A stretch of DNA of 64,000 nucleotides from Pseudomonadales bacterium (GTDB taxonomy: Bacteria; Pseudomonadota; Gammaproteobacteria; Pseudomonadales; Azotimanducaceae): NCBI GenBank assembly GCA_012103505.1, contig WLWP01000003.1, forward strand, positions 19,767 to 83,766, read 5' to 3'. The first letter of the stretch is position 1, and every line of letters starts with the position of its first letter. The position numbers and the translations under genes were made by a program. Positions 20,265-30,360 of this stretch are shown here, one piece after another. The notes beneath the pieces were generated by a model. That model searched no databases, had not been told where the DNA came from, and saw only the letters and a program-made list of their open reading frames with translations.

Positions 20265-20681
20265 CTACAAAGACTCCGCTTCACCAGACGCGAGTGCATT
20301 AGTGTCTACACTCTCGTCTACAGGGGTTTCACCATCTTCTGTATCAACACCCTCAGATCCCTTTGAGGCATTCTTAAGAGCTGAGCGTCTCTTCACAGCG
20401 TCCGTTTCAGGCAGCTCCTTCCCCGCCTCAACGATAGGATTACGAAGCTCATCCACCAGAGAAACAACCTTGTTATCGATCTCGCCGACGTTGCCACTGA
20501 CTACAAGGGGTTGGGCAAGCACTGATAAGAGCCGAGCCTCTTTGCCTTCAGTCAGTCCAGCTTGGCCAAATCGCGATACGATCACCGCACTTGTGTTTCC
20601 GCCGTCTGCTGCGTCTATTTCAATACTGATTCGTTCCGCGCCACTATCAAAAGCCAACTGCGCTAGGGTTTCAATAACCAT
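20265..20681 (-). CDS. PRTRC system protein E
   Basis: LAQPLVVSG...EID motif, low-complexity tail. Confidence 0.8.
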   Translation of the reverse strand: MVIETLAQLAFDSGAERISIEIDAADGGNTSAVIVSRFGQAGLTEGKEARLLSVLAQPLVVSGNVGEIDNKVVSLVDELRNPIVEAGKELPETDAVKRRSALKNASKGSEGVDTEDGETPVDESVDTNALASGEAESL

Positions 20682-20724
20682 CTTTCACTCCTTACTGATT
20701 TATAACTAGTCTGCTTGAGACCAC

Positions 20725-22365
20725 TTAGCTGACAAGCTCCAACACTTCCTTCGGTGCAACGCTTGTCCAGTCAAATTTCTCCGCGATGATTGCAGCTATG
20801 ATTTCTGATTTCTTTTTCTTCATTAGCTTTGCAAATGCTCCCTCCCCGTTTGCCTGATCCCAAGCGTGTGCAAACCCAACTTCATCACGTCGGCAGAAAC
20901 TTTCTATCCCTCCTTTCTGATAGGTGTCGAACCATTCTTTGGATGGGTTCCAACGAGCGATAACGCGATCCCTACGATCCCCGACGTGGTGTCTGCTTCT
21001 AAGCGCCATACGCACGCCATCGAAGCTGCCTCCTTGCTTATGATCCAAAGTTCCATAACGAATCGCTTTCTGAATCTCCCCTTCTAGCCTCGGAGCCTCC
21101 CATCCTACTAATGCAGCGATCTCATCTGCTGATCCTTGTGTCGCCAAACCGTCAATTGAATACCCTGTCGCTCTCGCAAGACTGAATAGCGTAAGTGCTA
21201 ACGGATACTGAGAAGTTTCCAAGAGAGCATCACCCAACACAGTCCGTACAAAATTCTCCCCTTGTTGTTTCACTCCTGCCGATATTTCAGGTGCAGTTGA
21301 TACCTTCTTTTTAGGTTTCTTTTTAGAATCCGTTGCTTCGTTCTTCTTTGGCGCAACTGCTTCGGACTTTTCTGCAAAACAGCTTAGGTTCACGCATTGG
21401 TTGTCGGTCACCTCACCGCAGTCCCTATTTATCCCATCCTGCAAAACCCGCACACGTGATACGCACGTTAGGCAATCAGATTCAAAAGCATCTCCCACGG
21501 TCTCTTTTGAAACGGTACGCCTATCTACTGGAGGTTTTTCTATCGCCAGCAGTACAACCCCTTCTTCAGACTCGAGCGCACTCTTATGAGCAGCAAGCCA
21601 TTCCTCCGTTTTGGTTCTATAACACGGAAGATGCAGACACTTTCCTTCCCCAATGTGGTTATCGAACAATGACGATTGAATTGTGCTGTTGTGCGGACAC
21701 TTTTCGCATTCAGAAGTACTGAACTTTGCGAACCTCAATACACGCGCAGCACCATTCGCTCGCTCTTTGAGATAATCAACCGTCCACTTCTCGGCCAACA
21801 CCTTTTCAAGCGTTCCGTTCTGGAGCTTCTCTGTGAATTGGCACAGCACCTCTGCATGGCCAATCTTGATTGTTCCGCTCCCAAGCGCCGAAAGCACACT
21901 GTCGCTACATTGATTGAGCTTTAGGCGTCCACGCACCTTCCGTATATCCCACCCTAAGACTTTCGATGCTTCCTCGTAGTCGCCATCGGCGTACGAAACA
22001 CAGGCCTGGGCCATTTCTATCTCGTCCCTAAGCGTCAGGTCCTCCCTCTCCAAATTTTCAGCCAAGCCTATGGCGATACCTTCTTTATCACTGCAATGCT
22101 TCACCACCACAGGTATATCAAGCAACCCCAGTTCTTGGCTAAGCTCCCAACGCCCATTCCCCGCCAATACCTCCAGTGCTTCACCCGTATTGTTAGGGCG
22201 AACTGTGATCGCTTGCAGCACACCCTTTGAGCTTATGGACTGTTTTAGGTCTTCGCGTTTTTTACTATTTCTGGCGCTCTTTCGCACGTTACCCCAAGGG
22301 GCCGGCGTGAGGATGTTCAGTGGCACACGCACACAGGTTCCGTCAGTCATTGCATCGATTTGCAT
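20725..22365 (-). CDS. PRTRC system ParB family protein
   Basis: GVLQAITVRP, LAGNGRW, ENLEREDL, CEKCPHNSTIQSSLF...C...CY. Confidence 0.9.
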   Translation of the reverse strand: MQIDAMTDGTCVRVPLNILTPAPWGNVRKSARNSKKREDLKQSISSKGVLQAITVRPNNTGEALEVLAGNGRWELSQELGLLDIPVVVKHCSDKEGIAIGLAENLEREDLTLRDEIEMAQACVSYADGDYEEASKVLGWDIRKVRGRLKLNQCSDSVLSALGSGTIKIGHAEVLCQFTEKLQNGTLEKVLAEKWTVDYLKERANGAARVLRFAKFSTSECEKCPHNSTIQSSLFDNHIGEGKCLHLPCYRTKTEEWLAAHKSALESEEGVVLLAIEKPPVDRRTVSKETVGDAFESDCLTCVSRVRVLQDGINRDCGEVTDNQCVNLSCFAEKSEAVAPKKNEATDSKKKPKKKVSTAPEISAGVKQQGENFVRTVLGDALLETSQYPLALTLFSLARATGYSIDGLATQGSADEIAALVGWEAPRLEGEIQKAIRYGTLDHKQGGSFDGVRMALRSRHHVGDRRDRVIARWNPSKEWFDTYQKGGIESFCRRDEVGFAHAWDQANGEGAFAKLMKKKKSEIIAAIIAEKFDWTSVAPKEVLELVS

Positions 22366-22432
22366 AGTGTTTCTCCAATCGTTAGTGAATCCACGTTAGA
22401 ACACTTTTTCCAACCGACAAGCGTAGGTAGAC

Positions 22433-22448
22433 GTGCTCCTTATTCTTG
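22433..22448 (+). promoter_or_regulatory. recurrent motif, no clear ORF at the usual distance
   Basis: GTGCTCCTTATTCTTG. Confidence 0.5.
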
Positions 22449-22742
22449 TTAGGAGAAACTAAAAGGAGCGGTTTTTATCGTGTTGCTATTGAGGCAACGA
22501 GAATTTCTAAGGATGTGTTTTCACACCTTTGAATAGAGCGTTTACGCTCACGCCCATTTTGGGCTTCCTGCGACTTTGTATTTTGCAAAGTCTTTCACTC
22601 ATCCCGAAAAGGGCTATCTACCCTTCTCAGGGCTTGGTGGTGCTTATTCGGATTCAGAGGATCTCGATCATGAGTACTCACCAAATAGAAGATACATCTG
22701 TATACGTAACAGCCCTTCGCATGAAGGTTAGGAGGATTCGTC

Positions 22743-22934
22743 ATGTCAAATGAAGAAAAATCACAACCTTCGCCAGATCTTGCTGATCGTCGAACTGAAG
22801 TGGAAATCGAAAAGATTGAAACTGAAGTTCGTGTGATGGAAACCAGGCTTCACCTGGATATCGTCAAAACGATTTTAGCATTCGGTTCAGCGATTGGTGC
22901 TGGGATAAGCGTGTTCGTGGACCTTCTCAAATGA
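22743..22934 (+). CDS. small protein, coiled-coil plus C-terminal TM
   Basis: 63 aa, AGGAGG RBS. Confidence 0.7.
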   Translation: MSNEEKSQPSPDLADRRTEVEIEKIETEVRVMETRLHLDIVKTILAFGSAIGAGISVFVDLLK

Positions 22935-22947
22935 CTGGAGAACACAA

Positions 22948-23037
22948 ATGCGCCGACGCAACATTGTATCTTTCTACCTCTCGATGCTACTCGCCGTTTC
23001 GGTGACTGCATCTATTGTCGTTCATGTTCTTACGTGA
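22948..23037 (+). CDS. 29-aa hydrophobic peptide
   Basis: MRRRNIVSFYLSMLLAVSVTASIVVHVLT, GGAG RBS, followed by a terminator. Confidence 0.6.
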   Translation: MRRRNIVSFYLSMLLAVSVTASIVVHVLT

Positions 23038-23047
23038 ATGACCCTTT

Positions 23048-23073
23048 AGGGCCCCCCGGGCCCTTCTTTTTTT
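23048..23073 (+). terminator. Rho-independent terminator
   Basis: AGGGCCC-CCC-GGGCCCT followed by a T-rich run. Confidence 0.75.
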
Positions 23074-23087
23074 GCTACTCTACGCTG

Positions 23088-23186
23088 ATGAATAGCAAAC
23101 TACTTCGAACGGCCACATTTTACGCAATGATGTTTGTTGCAGTTGCGTTGGTCGCTGCGGTTACCTACGGAATTATCTCTTTCTGA
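23088..23186 (+). CDS. 32-aa hydrophobic peptide
   Basis: MNSKLLRTATFYAMMFVAVALVAAVTYGIISF; no RBS. Confidence 0.45.
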   Translation: MNSKLLRTATFYAMMFVAVALVAAVTYGIISF

Positions 23187-23240
23187 GCGGTCCGCCGAAT
23201 TCTCTCCTAGCTAAGTTCGTTCACGGTGTTTATCAGACGA

Positions 23241-23426
23241 TCATAGTGCGCTCGACAATGATCGAAAGAAAGGCTGGTCTTCATCAGAATAGTTCCAGAG
23301 AACTTCCTGAACGGTTTCACCCTCCTTACCCCACAGTTCTAGCACTTCTTCTTCACTGAAAGTCGCCGCATTTACCAACTCCCACTGATCACCTGTGTGC
23401 CACTGCTGAAACCTTATAATCACCAT
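23241..23426 (-). CDS. hypothetical acidic protein
   Basis: 61-aa ORF; start uncertain. Confidence 0.4.
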   Translation of the reverse strand: MVIIRFQQWHTGDQWELVNAATFSEEEVLELWGKEGETVQEVLWNYSDEDQPFFRSLSSAL

Positions 23427-23522
23427 AACCCAAACATCGATACTCTTAGATTGCTAGAAAAGACTAATCCAAAACTACATTCGGACAAGGCAATCGGACT
23501 AGGCATTCTCTCTTGAAGGGTT

Positions 23523-23774
23523 TTAGACGCGCGATTCTTCGAACGTAGAAGCTGGCAGGAAGGCAATGCTGACGAACTCGGATTCGATATCGGGTCTTTG
23601 AAACGTACCGGTATGCATAACAAGCATCGCATAACCAAACAAAGCTGCAGTACTAGCGCACAGCAGGAACGGCACTAGAATTCTTCCGTTCAATACGTAT
23701 TTTAAGTGATCAAATAGATAGAAAAAAAATAACATCAACAAACTAGCCAAAATACTTCCGAGAACCATTGCCAA
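23523..23774 (-). CDS. small membrane protein (2 TM)
   Basis: 83 aa, AAGGA RBS. Confidence 0.6.
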   Translation of the reverse strand: MAMVLGSILASLLMLFFFYLFDHLKYVLNGRILVPFLLCASTAALFGYAMLVMHTGTFQRPDIESEFVSIAFLPASTFEESRV

Positions 23775-23799
23775 ATTCCTTATCTATTCGTGAGCAAAA

Positions 23800-24750
23800 T
23801 CAATATCGTGGGCAAAGAGGACAGTGAAGCGTCGCTTCAAGCTCACCAATCGTGCACTCAAACTCGTGACCGTTCTCACAGGACCAACTGTGTTTCCCAT
23901 TTTCACTGCGAACGAGTGTTAAACCGTACCGATCTGCAACCTCTAGTCTATGCTTCAAACCCTTCGCTTTTGCGCGTTGGTTTTTACACTCTTTGCACCA
24001 GGTCCCTTTGTAGAGGACATTTGATATCCAAGGCGTCCATTGATGACCCGCGCCACATTCCACTACTGCCCGACGAGGGTCATCAGCCGAAATACCAATC
24101 ACCACACCACCCAACTCGGCAACCTTTTCACGAAAACTATTGAGTACATCGTCTCGCTTCGGTCTGGTCGGCATCGTATCCGATGACCTCATACAGGTTT
24201 CGCAGAATTTCCCCTGAGCAACTGAAGCGAATGATCGCTCAAAAACATGGCCCTCTTCACATTGCCAAACCGCATATCCTTCGCAGTGTGAATCCACTAA
24301 ACAATGGCCATTATTTTTCTCTGCAATTTTTTTGGAGGATTCCTCTACTTCACCGTGACCCCATGCTATGTGTTCAAATCCACACTCCCTACACCCGGCA
24401 CACGCTCTGAATAGTCGCCACGCACGATCAAAGACACCGTGTACAGAGCATTTGAGCTTGAGCATTACGCCTGAGTGATTCTCAGGTATTGAGACAACAT
24501 CCAAGTTTAGTATTGATGCAAGAGAATTCACCCGGTCAGCCACCAATCGGTTTTTTGAGCACTGTGGACACCACGTTCCTTCATAAAGAACGCTTGCTGC
24601 TTTGGTTGTCCAAACATGTCCAGCTTCACACTGCAGCTCTATTCGATCTCTCGTTGAAGTTGGCAGTCTCCGGATCACGCCTTTTTGTTGATTCACAATC
24701 GAAACCAACCTCGATTCAAGGAACGCTTTATGATCAACAGCCTGATTCAA
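23800..24750 (-). CDS. protein with five tandem zinc-ribbon repeats
   Basis: Five C-x(2-3)-(G)H...CxxC units (CEAGH..CPQC, CSVHG..CREC, CEEGH..CETC, CGAGH..CKEC, CENGH..CPLC). Confidence 0.8.
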   Translation of the reverse strand: MNQAVDHKAFLESRLVSIVNQQKGVIRRLPTSTRDRIELQCEAGHVWTTKAASVLYEGTWCPQCSKNRLVADRVNSLASILNLDVVSIPENHSGVMLKLKCSVHGVFDRAWRLFRACAGCRECGFEHIAWGHGEVEESSKKIAEKNNGHCLVDSHCEGYAVWQCEEGHVFERSFASVAQGKFCETCMRSSDTMPTRPKRDDVLNSFREKVAELGGVVIGISADDPRRAVVECGAGHQWTPWISNVLYKGTWCKECKNQRAKAKGLKHRLEVADRYGLTLVRSENGKHSWSCENGHEFECTIGELEATLHCPLCPRY

Positions 24751-24785
24751 TATCCCACCTATACGCCTGGTTGTTCGGTGCCTAC

Positions 24786-24801
24786 ATAGAATAAGGAGCG
24801 C
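24786..24801 (-). promoter_or_regulatory. recurrent motif (putative promoter)
   Basis: GCGCTCCTTATTCTAT, 36 nt before TTG 24750. Confidence 0.7.
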
Positions 24802-24804
24802 ACC

Positions 24805-26328
24805 TCAAGCGCTGAGTACGTGCCAATCAACATGTTCAGAAATTCGTAGAGCCTTTTCTATCGGGAGACCCCAGTCCAAAGCATCAGGTCCCACTAAAGT
24901 TAACGATTTCGGAATGTCGCCGTATGCCCCTGCAAAACAACGAGGGAAAACACAGTAGCCATCGATCGGTATTTCCCCCGTGAACCCTGGGAGCAAAACG
25001 TAACCAACGGGGCGCAGAAGACCCCGAAGTAAAGCATCAAGACCGGGTAGCTCTATCTCTCTTTCGGTCGCGCGCGTTTTCCTTGCACCTTTAGGCTTAG
25101 TACCTTTTCCAGATGGTGAATATTCTTGTTGCCCCAAGAAAAATCTAGCCACACTTGGTAGCTGTGAGGAAATCGACGCAGTTTCATCACACTGCGTTAC
25201 AAAGTACGCAATGTTAGCCGCGGCACGCATATCCAACGCATCGGGGAATTGATCCAGCATCACCTCGAGAAATCGTACAAATGACTCATCAAGACCATCG
25301 TAGTGCCTCACAATAAGGCGATGATAGATCTCTCTATCGATTCGAGTTACCCATTTAGCATGCTGGCGGAATGGGTCTTTGTTTCTCTCTGAAACGTAGA
25401 GTCTTCTCGGGTTAAACAAAAGACCTGTTCGATAAACCGCGCCCCTTACACCACCCTTCAGATCCTGCTGCACTTTTTCTGCCAGCTCCGGTGTTAGAAG
25501 ACACAGCTTGGAACAGGCTTCTGCGACCTGCGCTAAATCTAATTGTGAGCGAGCAGCAATGAGCCGCTTTATCATCAGAGTATCTTCGTCCTTTTCCACG
25601 CCATCCAATGAAAACGCCCCTAGAATCGCCATAGATAGAACGTCCAATTTCGCCATCAGTTCCGGTACAGACACTCTCTTTATACGTAGCGCATCCGAAA
25701 CAGCTCGGGGTATCTTAGATTGTATGCGCCCTCCTCTTTCATCGGCTTTCAGCAGCTCACATCCGTACAGAAGTGCATTACGCACATCTAGCGTTTCGTG
25801 TCCGGTATCAAAGTAGTGGTTATAAATTGCGGCAGTTGTCCGACCCTCCATAAGACGCCTGGACATCGCTTCCGTTAAAAGTAACGAATCAAGCAATGGC
25901 GCAATGTGCCGTCTAACCTCTGGCCCCGTCTTGTCGGAGAAATACGGTTGCACAACATAGTGTTTCAGCAAGTATCCAATGGATGGCCTCTTGCCCAACG
26001 AGCCCAAGAACTGTGGCAACCTGTCTTTGTTTTTTATTGAGACTGGGTCTAGATAAGAATTCGGACTATTCACAATGAAGTTCAGAATTTTTATGTGGAG
26101 ACCTGGACTCATCTCCTGTTCTCGTACGCCATAGATCCAAGGGTCTTCTAGAAGCGCACGAAGCAAGAGTGACGACACGCCATAGCTAAGATCGCTCTCA
26201 TCTACCGCGGTTAAGAACTCTTTCGAAGGGATAAGATCCGAGCCAATCAGCTTTCGAAGATTTCTCAGCTCGGGGTGTTTTTGGACGAATACGTCTAGTT
26301 TTGCGCGTATCGCTTTGGGATCGATCAT
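24805..26328 (-). CDS. hypothetical protein
   Basis: 507-aa ORF, AAGGA RBS. Confidence 0.8.
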   Translation of the reverse strand: MIDPKAIRAKLDVFVQKHPELRNLRKLIGSDLIPSKEFLTAVDESDLSYGVSSLLLRALLEDPWIYGVREQEMSPGLHIKILNFIVNSPNSYLDPVSIKNKDRLPQFLGSLGKRPSIGYLLKHYVVQPYFSDKTGPEVRRHIAPLLDSLLLTEAMSRRLMEGRTTAAIYNHYFDTGHETLDVRNALLYGCELLKADERGGRIQSKIPRAVSDALRIKRVSVPELMAKLDVLSMAILGAFSLDGVEKDEDTLMIKRLIAARSQLDLAQVAEACSKLCLLTPELAEKVQQDLKGGVRGAVYRTGLLFNPRRLYVSERNKDPFRQHAKWVTRIDREIYHRLIVRHYDGLDESFVRFLEVMLDQFPDALDMRAAANIAYFVTQCDETASISSQLPSVARFFLGQQEYSPSGKGTKPKGARKTRATEREIELPGLDALLRGLLRPVGYVLLPGFTGEIPIDGYCVFPRCFAGAYGDIPKSLTLVGPDALDWGLPIEKALRISEHVDWHVLSA

Positions 26329-26390
26329 CAGCGGTTCCTTGAATGTATCGAGTAAAACTAACCCTCAAACACATCCCGACAATCCTATCG

Positions 26391-27320
26391 CTAGGTAGTG
26401 TGTGCTCCGCTCTTCTCAAAGACTGTTGTAGCCGCTGCGATCATGCCGGAGATATCCGATAGATTGCTTGGAATGACCAATGTGTTCGACTCCTTGGCCA
26501 GCTTCCCGAACTCGGTAACGTACTGTTCAGCGACTCTTAGGCCAACCGCTTCGCTTCCACCATTTTTGGTTATCGCTTCACCAACAAGCTCAATCGCTTT
26601 AGCCGTTGCCTCGGCGACCTCTTTAATGGCCGTGGCTTCACCTTTGGCTTCGTTTACCTGTTTGTCTAGCTCTGCTTCTGAAGCCAACACCACGTCGGCC
26701 TTTGCTGCCTCCGCCTCGTTAATCACGCGTTGCCGCTCTCCTTCAGACCTAAGAATCGTCGCTTGCTTTTCACGATCAGCCGCGACCAGCTTCTCCATGT
26801 CACGGATCGTCTCATCCGGCGGGATAATGTTCTTGATCTCATATCTAGTGACTTTGTGACCCCACGGTTCCGCAGCCTGATCCAGCTGGTCAACGACCGC
26901 TGTATTGACCTCATTCCTGTTCTTAAAGGTCTCGTCAAGCATCATTTGGCCAATCTGATTTCTAGTCGTTGTCTGAGCCAAATCAATCACCGACTCTCTT
27001 GGGTTAACCGATCCATAACTGGCTTTGTAGGGATCTAACACTTGAACAAACAGAATGCCATCAACAGACACAATCCCGTTGTCCTGAGTAACGCAGGGTT
27101 GCTCACCAATCGGGATCGACTCTTCCATGAGCGTGTGTTTATGCGCGACTTTGTCAATGAACGGCAGCAACAAATGGAAGCCTTCCTCCAACGTGCCGTG
27201 ATATTTCCCGAGTCGTTCGACCACATATCTACTCTGTTGGGGCACGATTACGTGTACCTTGTACAAAACAAGGATAACCAGTACGCCTGCCGCTACACTT
27301 AATAAAGATGACATATCCAA
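26391..27320 (-). CDS. qmcA: SPFH/band 7 (QmcA-like) protein
   Basis: IVPQQ..YVVERLGKY, KVTRYEIKNIIPP, LRVAEQYVTEFGKLAK. Confidence 0.9.
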   Translation of the reverse strand: MDMSSLLSVAAGVLVILVLYKVHVIVPQQSRYVVERLGKYHGTLEEGFHLLLPFIDKVAHKHTLMEESIPIGEQPCVTQDNGIVSVDGILFVQVLDPYKASYGSVNPRESVIDLAQTTTRNQIGQMMLDETFKNRNEVNTAVVDQLDQAAEPWGHKVTRYEIKNIIPPDETIRDMEKLVAADREKQATILRSEGERQRVINEAEAAKADVVLASEAELDKQVNEAKGEATAIKEVAEATAKAIELVGEAITKNGGSEAVGLRVAEQYVTEFGKLAKESNTLVIPSNLSDISGMIAAATTVFEKSGAHTT

Positions 27321-27323
27321 AAT

Positions 27324-27800
27324 CTATTCATCCGGTTCGCTGCGATCGCCTTGGCGATCTAGGGGCTTAATTAATAAACAAGAACTCTCCAGGCCCACGA
27401 CGATCGCCTGTGTGTTCTTTTCGATATCGATATCAGTGGTATTTTTTGCGTCCCAGCCGCCTCCACGAAAAATGACACGTCCGGTCCCATTTGCAGCGAT
27501 GCGACTTGAAAGTACTACCTCGCCGCCCACAAACGTATCCTCAAAATCTATGCTGTTCTCTTTGGTGTGGATCGATTCATAGAGTCTGCGTCTAAACATA
27601 ATCACAACCGCAACGCTTATCACTGCAAACAATCCAAACTGCGCAGACAGACTCATCTCAGGAAAGACCATGTTGCAAAAACCCACGAGCAACGCGCTAA
27701 CACCAACCAAAACAAGTATGAAAAGCATGTCTAGAACGGCGAGTTCAAAAGCGATTAACACCAAACCGAAAAGTATCCAAACCCAGGCCATTTCAGGCAT
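27324..27800 (-). CDS. NfeD/YbbJ family membrane protein
   Basis: Three TM segments plus OB-fold GRV..RG..W.A; directly upstream of the SPFH gene. Confidence 0.85.
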   Translation of the reverse strand: MPEMAWVWILFGLVLIAFELAVLDMLFILVLVGVSALLVGFCNMVFPEMSLSAQFGLFAVISVAVVIMFRRRLYESIHTKENSIDFEDTFVGGEVVLSSRIAANGTGRVIFRGGGWDAKNTTDIDIEKNTQAIVVGLESSCLLIKPLDRQGDRSEPDE

Positions 27801-27868
27801 ACCAAGACCCCTCTAAAGACTAGAAGCTAGCGGTGCAACCGTGAAGGATCGCTCCTCTAGGACTACCT

Positions 27869-27884
27869 ATAGAATACGGAGCGC
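27869..27884 (-). promoter_or_regulatory. recurrent motif (putative promoter)
   Basis: GCGCTCCGTATTCTAT, 69 nt before the nfeD start. Confidence 0.7.
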
Positions 27885-27898
27885 AACATGCGAAGGGT

Positions 27899-28861
27899 CT
27901 AGTCTTCCAAGACCTCAACCATACTTAGGAAAAAGAGATTCTCTAACACCGCGTGAGCGATCTCAGAGCGATAGTGGCGTTGCTCATACCACAACAGATC
28001 ATCCTCACTACCTAGTCCACTCAGATCTTCAAATCCAATCTCGATGGCCCTAGCCTTCGTTTCTCTTAGAATATTTCCCATTCGAGAAGCCCACTGGTGG
28101 TGAACTGGTTGTAGGAATCCAATCACCCAAATCCCTTTGTCCTTTAAGTCTTTAACCAGCGATTCTAGGTGTAACCACTCAGTCTCGTTAAACTCCGAGT
28201 TAGCGTAGACCGGCTTCCATCCCTCAAAGGTATCAGCCACGTAACTCTTGTGGTCTTTTCTGATCTGGCGGTCATAGTGGACCAGCTCGTAAACCCCTTT
28301 GTCGTAGTCGAACAAAACAGGAGGATCATTACGGCTGAAAACCTTCTCAGCAGATACTAAAAAGCTGGGCGCAAGTATGTAATCGAGCCAATACGAGGCC
28401 GTCCGTTGTAGCCCGAGAACAGGATGATGTCGGCGCGATAGATCCTGGCTCGATGGCTCAATGAGAAACGACATGGCGTCTATGCCGATCACCACCGTGT
28501 CGATAGATTGATTTGCGCCTACCGCGGCGTTGAACAGGTTTGTCATATCAGACGGTTTTGCGGAAAACGCTGACAGATTGTAGGTAGGTCGGCCCAAATA
28601 GGCTTCTACCCATTCTGGATTAGTCATACCTGAGCGCGACGAACCAAGAATGATCGTATCGTAGCTCTCAGGATTCCTTAACAAGTGCTCTATCTTTAGA
28701 TACCGTTCATTGGACGAGCTGCTCTGAGGTAACTGCGACGTCCCAAACACACCGAAGGGGTCAATAAGAACATTCATACCGGTTAGTAAACAAAGCGTCA
28801 CCAAGATCACACTCAGTAGACAAAGCGACAAACGTTTTTCTAAGACCGCTGGGTTGCTCAT
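27899..28861 (-). CDS. SGNH-like partner of the MBOAT O-acyltransferase
   Basis: N-terminal TM, NVLIDPFG, IILGSSR, C-terminal HY; adjacent to the MBOAT gene. Confidence 0.75.
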   Translation of the reverse strand: MSNPAVLEKRLSLCLLSVILVTLCLLTGMNVLIDPFGVFGTSQLPQSSSSNERYLKIEHLLRNPESYDTIILGSSRSGMTNPEWVEAYLGRPTYNLSAFSAKPSDMTNLFNAAVGANQSIDTVVIGIDAMSFLIEPSSQDLSRRHHPVLGLQRTASYWLDYILAPSFLVSAEKVFSRNDPPVLFDYDKGVYELVHYDRQIRKDHKSYVADTFEGWKPVYANSEFNETEWLHLESLVKDLKDKGIWVIGFLQPVHHQWASRMGNILRETKARAIEIGFEDLSGLGSEDDLLWYEQRHYRSEIAHAVLENLFFLSMVEVLED

Positions 28862-28965
28862 AAGTGATCTACGCCTTCACACTAGTTAGATTTCGTCCTA
28901 TCAGGACAAACGACATAGTTAGACTTTCCATTCTTCGTATACTGAGAGTAACTAGCCCGTCATTT

Positions 28966-30336
28966 TCAGAATTGAAAATACAGAAATGCAGAGGGGGCGG
29001 TTATGGACATTAGAATCGCGACCCATGCAGCACTCATGGTTGGTAGTGTCCATCTAGAATCGCCAGGCACTATCTCGTGCACGTTGGGTTTCGTCCATAC
29101 CCACCAGAGCAAGACTATCGCTGGGAAAATCTCCAACCCAGTCAAGCCGGAAACTGTCGCCTCTACCCCCCAGATATGGCTGAACAGCAGAGGTACGCCA
29201 GGTCCATTCATCCCTAGAAGACTAAGATATACATCAATCGCGGTGCTCACGTCCGGCGCTCTAAACATGACCCAAGCGAGATGAACGAACAAGAAGGTAA
29301 AAACTAGCCTAACGTTGGCTGGTAGGTTGAATTTTCCTGCACATAGCCGCTCAGTAACCAATGCCATACCGTGCATGGTTCCCCAAATGACGAACGTTAA
29401 ACCTGCCCCATGCCATATTCCCGATGCAAAGGCTGTCATGAAGAGCGCCGTACATAATACTAATAGCCCATTTCTGTTCCCCCCAAGAGGGATATACACG
29501 TAATCCTTGAACCAACGACCTAGCGTGATATGCCAACGCCTCCAAAATTCTGTTACCGACAAGGACTTGTAAGGGCTTAGAAAGTTGATTGGGATGCGGA
29601 ACCCGAAAAGCAATGCAATGCCCATCGCCATCTCACAATATCCAGCAAAATCGAAATACAACTGGAACGTGTAAGCCAAAGTTCCAGTCCAGGCTTCAAA
29701 CGCGGATTGTATTCCGCCGTTTCCAAATGATGCGTCTGCGTACGGTGCCAGGTTGTCAGCAATAACAACTTTCTTAAAAAGGCCGGCAAGAATAAGGAAT
29801 AGCCCTTGAAAAGTAAGTTCCCACCTATGCTTTGTTGGCTGACGAAACTGCTCAATCATTTCCCGGTGGTGACAGATCGGTCCGGCTACCAATTGCGGGA
29901 AAAACGCCACAAAGAGCGCATAGTGTCGCGGTGAGGTTTCGCCTACCTTTCCCTTGTAGCAGTCAACCAAAAATGCGATTTGTTGAAACGTGAAAAACGA
30001 AATGCCTAGCGGTAGCACAATGTCAGAGAAGACATATCCCCCCGAAAGCCAACCGGCGTACTTCGCGATGACTAAGGGTACTAAGTTAACAACAATACCT
30101 AAGCCGAGTATCCATGAATGCTTCTTTGACCGAAGAGCGACTCCCGCAACATAGTTTAAAACCACGGACCCAACTAGGAGAGGAAGCCATCGAATGTCCC
30201 ACATCCCATAGAAGACGCAACTGCTCACAACAAGACTCCATTGAGCAAGCCTATCGTCTATTTTCTTCGCGGCTAAAAATACCGCTATAACCAACGGCAA
30301 AAAAATGAAAAGAAAAAGCGGGTCGCTAAAAACCAT
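28966..30336 (-). CDS. MBOAT O-acyltransferase, AlgI/DltB family
   Basis: LPLGISFFTFQQ, FPQLVAGPI, FWRRWHITL, SGIWHGA. Confidence 0.95.
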   Translation of the reverse strand: MVFSDPLFLFIFLPLVIAVFLAAKKIDDRLAQWSLVVSSCVFYGMWDIRWLPLLVGSVVLNYVAGVALRSKKHSWILGLGIVVNLVPLVIAKYAGWLSGGYVFSDIVLPLGISFFTFQQIAFLVDCYKGKVGETSPRHYALFVAFFPQLVAGPICHHREMIEQFRQPTKHRWELTFQGLFLILAGLFKKVVIADNLAPYADASFGNGGIQSAFEAWTGTLAYTFQLYFDFAGYCEMAMGIALLFGFRIPINFLSPYKSLSVTEFWRRWHITLGRWFKDYVYIPLGGNRNGLLVLCTALFMTAFASGIWHGAGLTFVIWGTMHGMALVTERLCAGKFNLPANVRLVFTFLFVHLAWVMFRAPDVSTAIDVYLSLLGMNGPGVPLLFSHIWGVEATVSGLTGLEIFPAIVLLWWVWTKPNVHEIVPGDSRWTLPTMSAAWVAILMSITAPSAFLYFQF

Positions 30337-30360
30337 CGAAACAATCCAGGCCAACACCAC

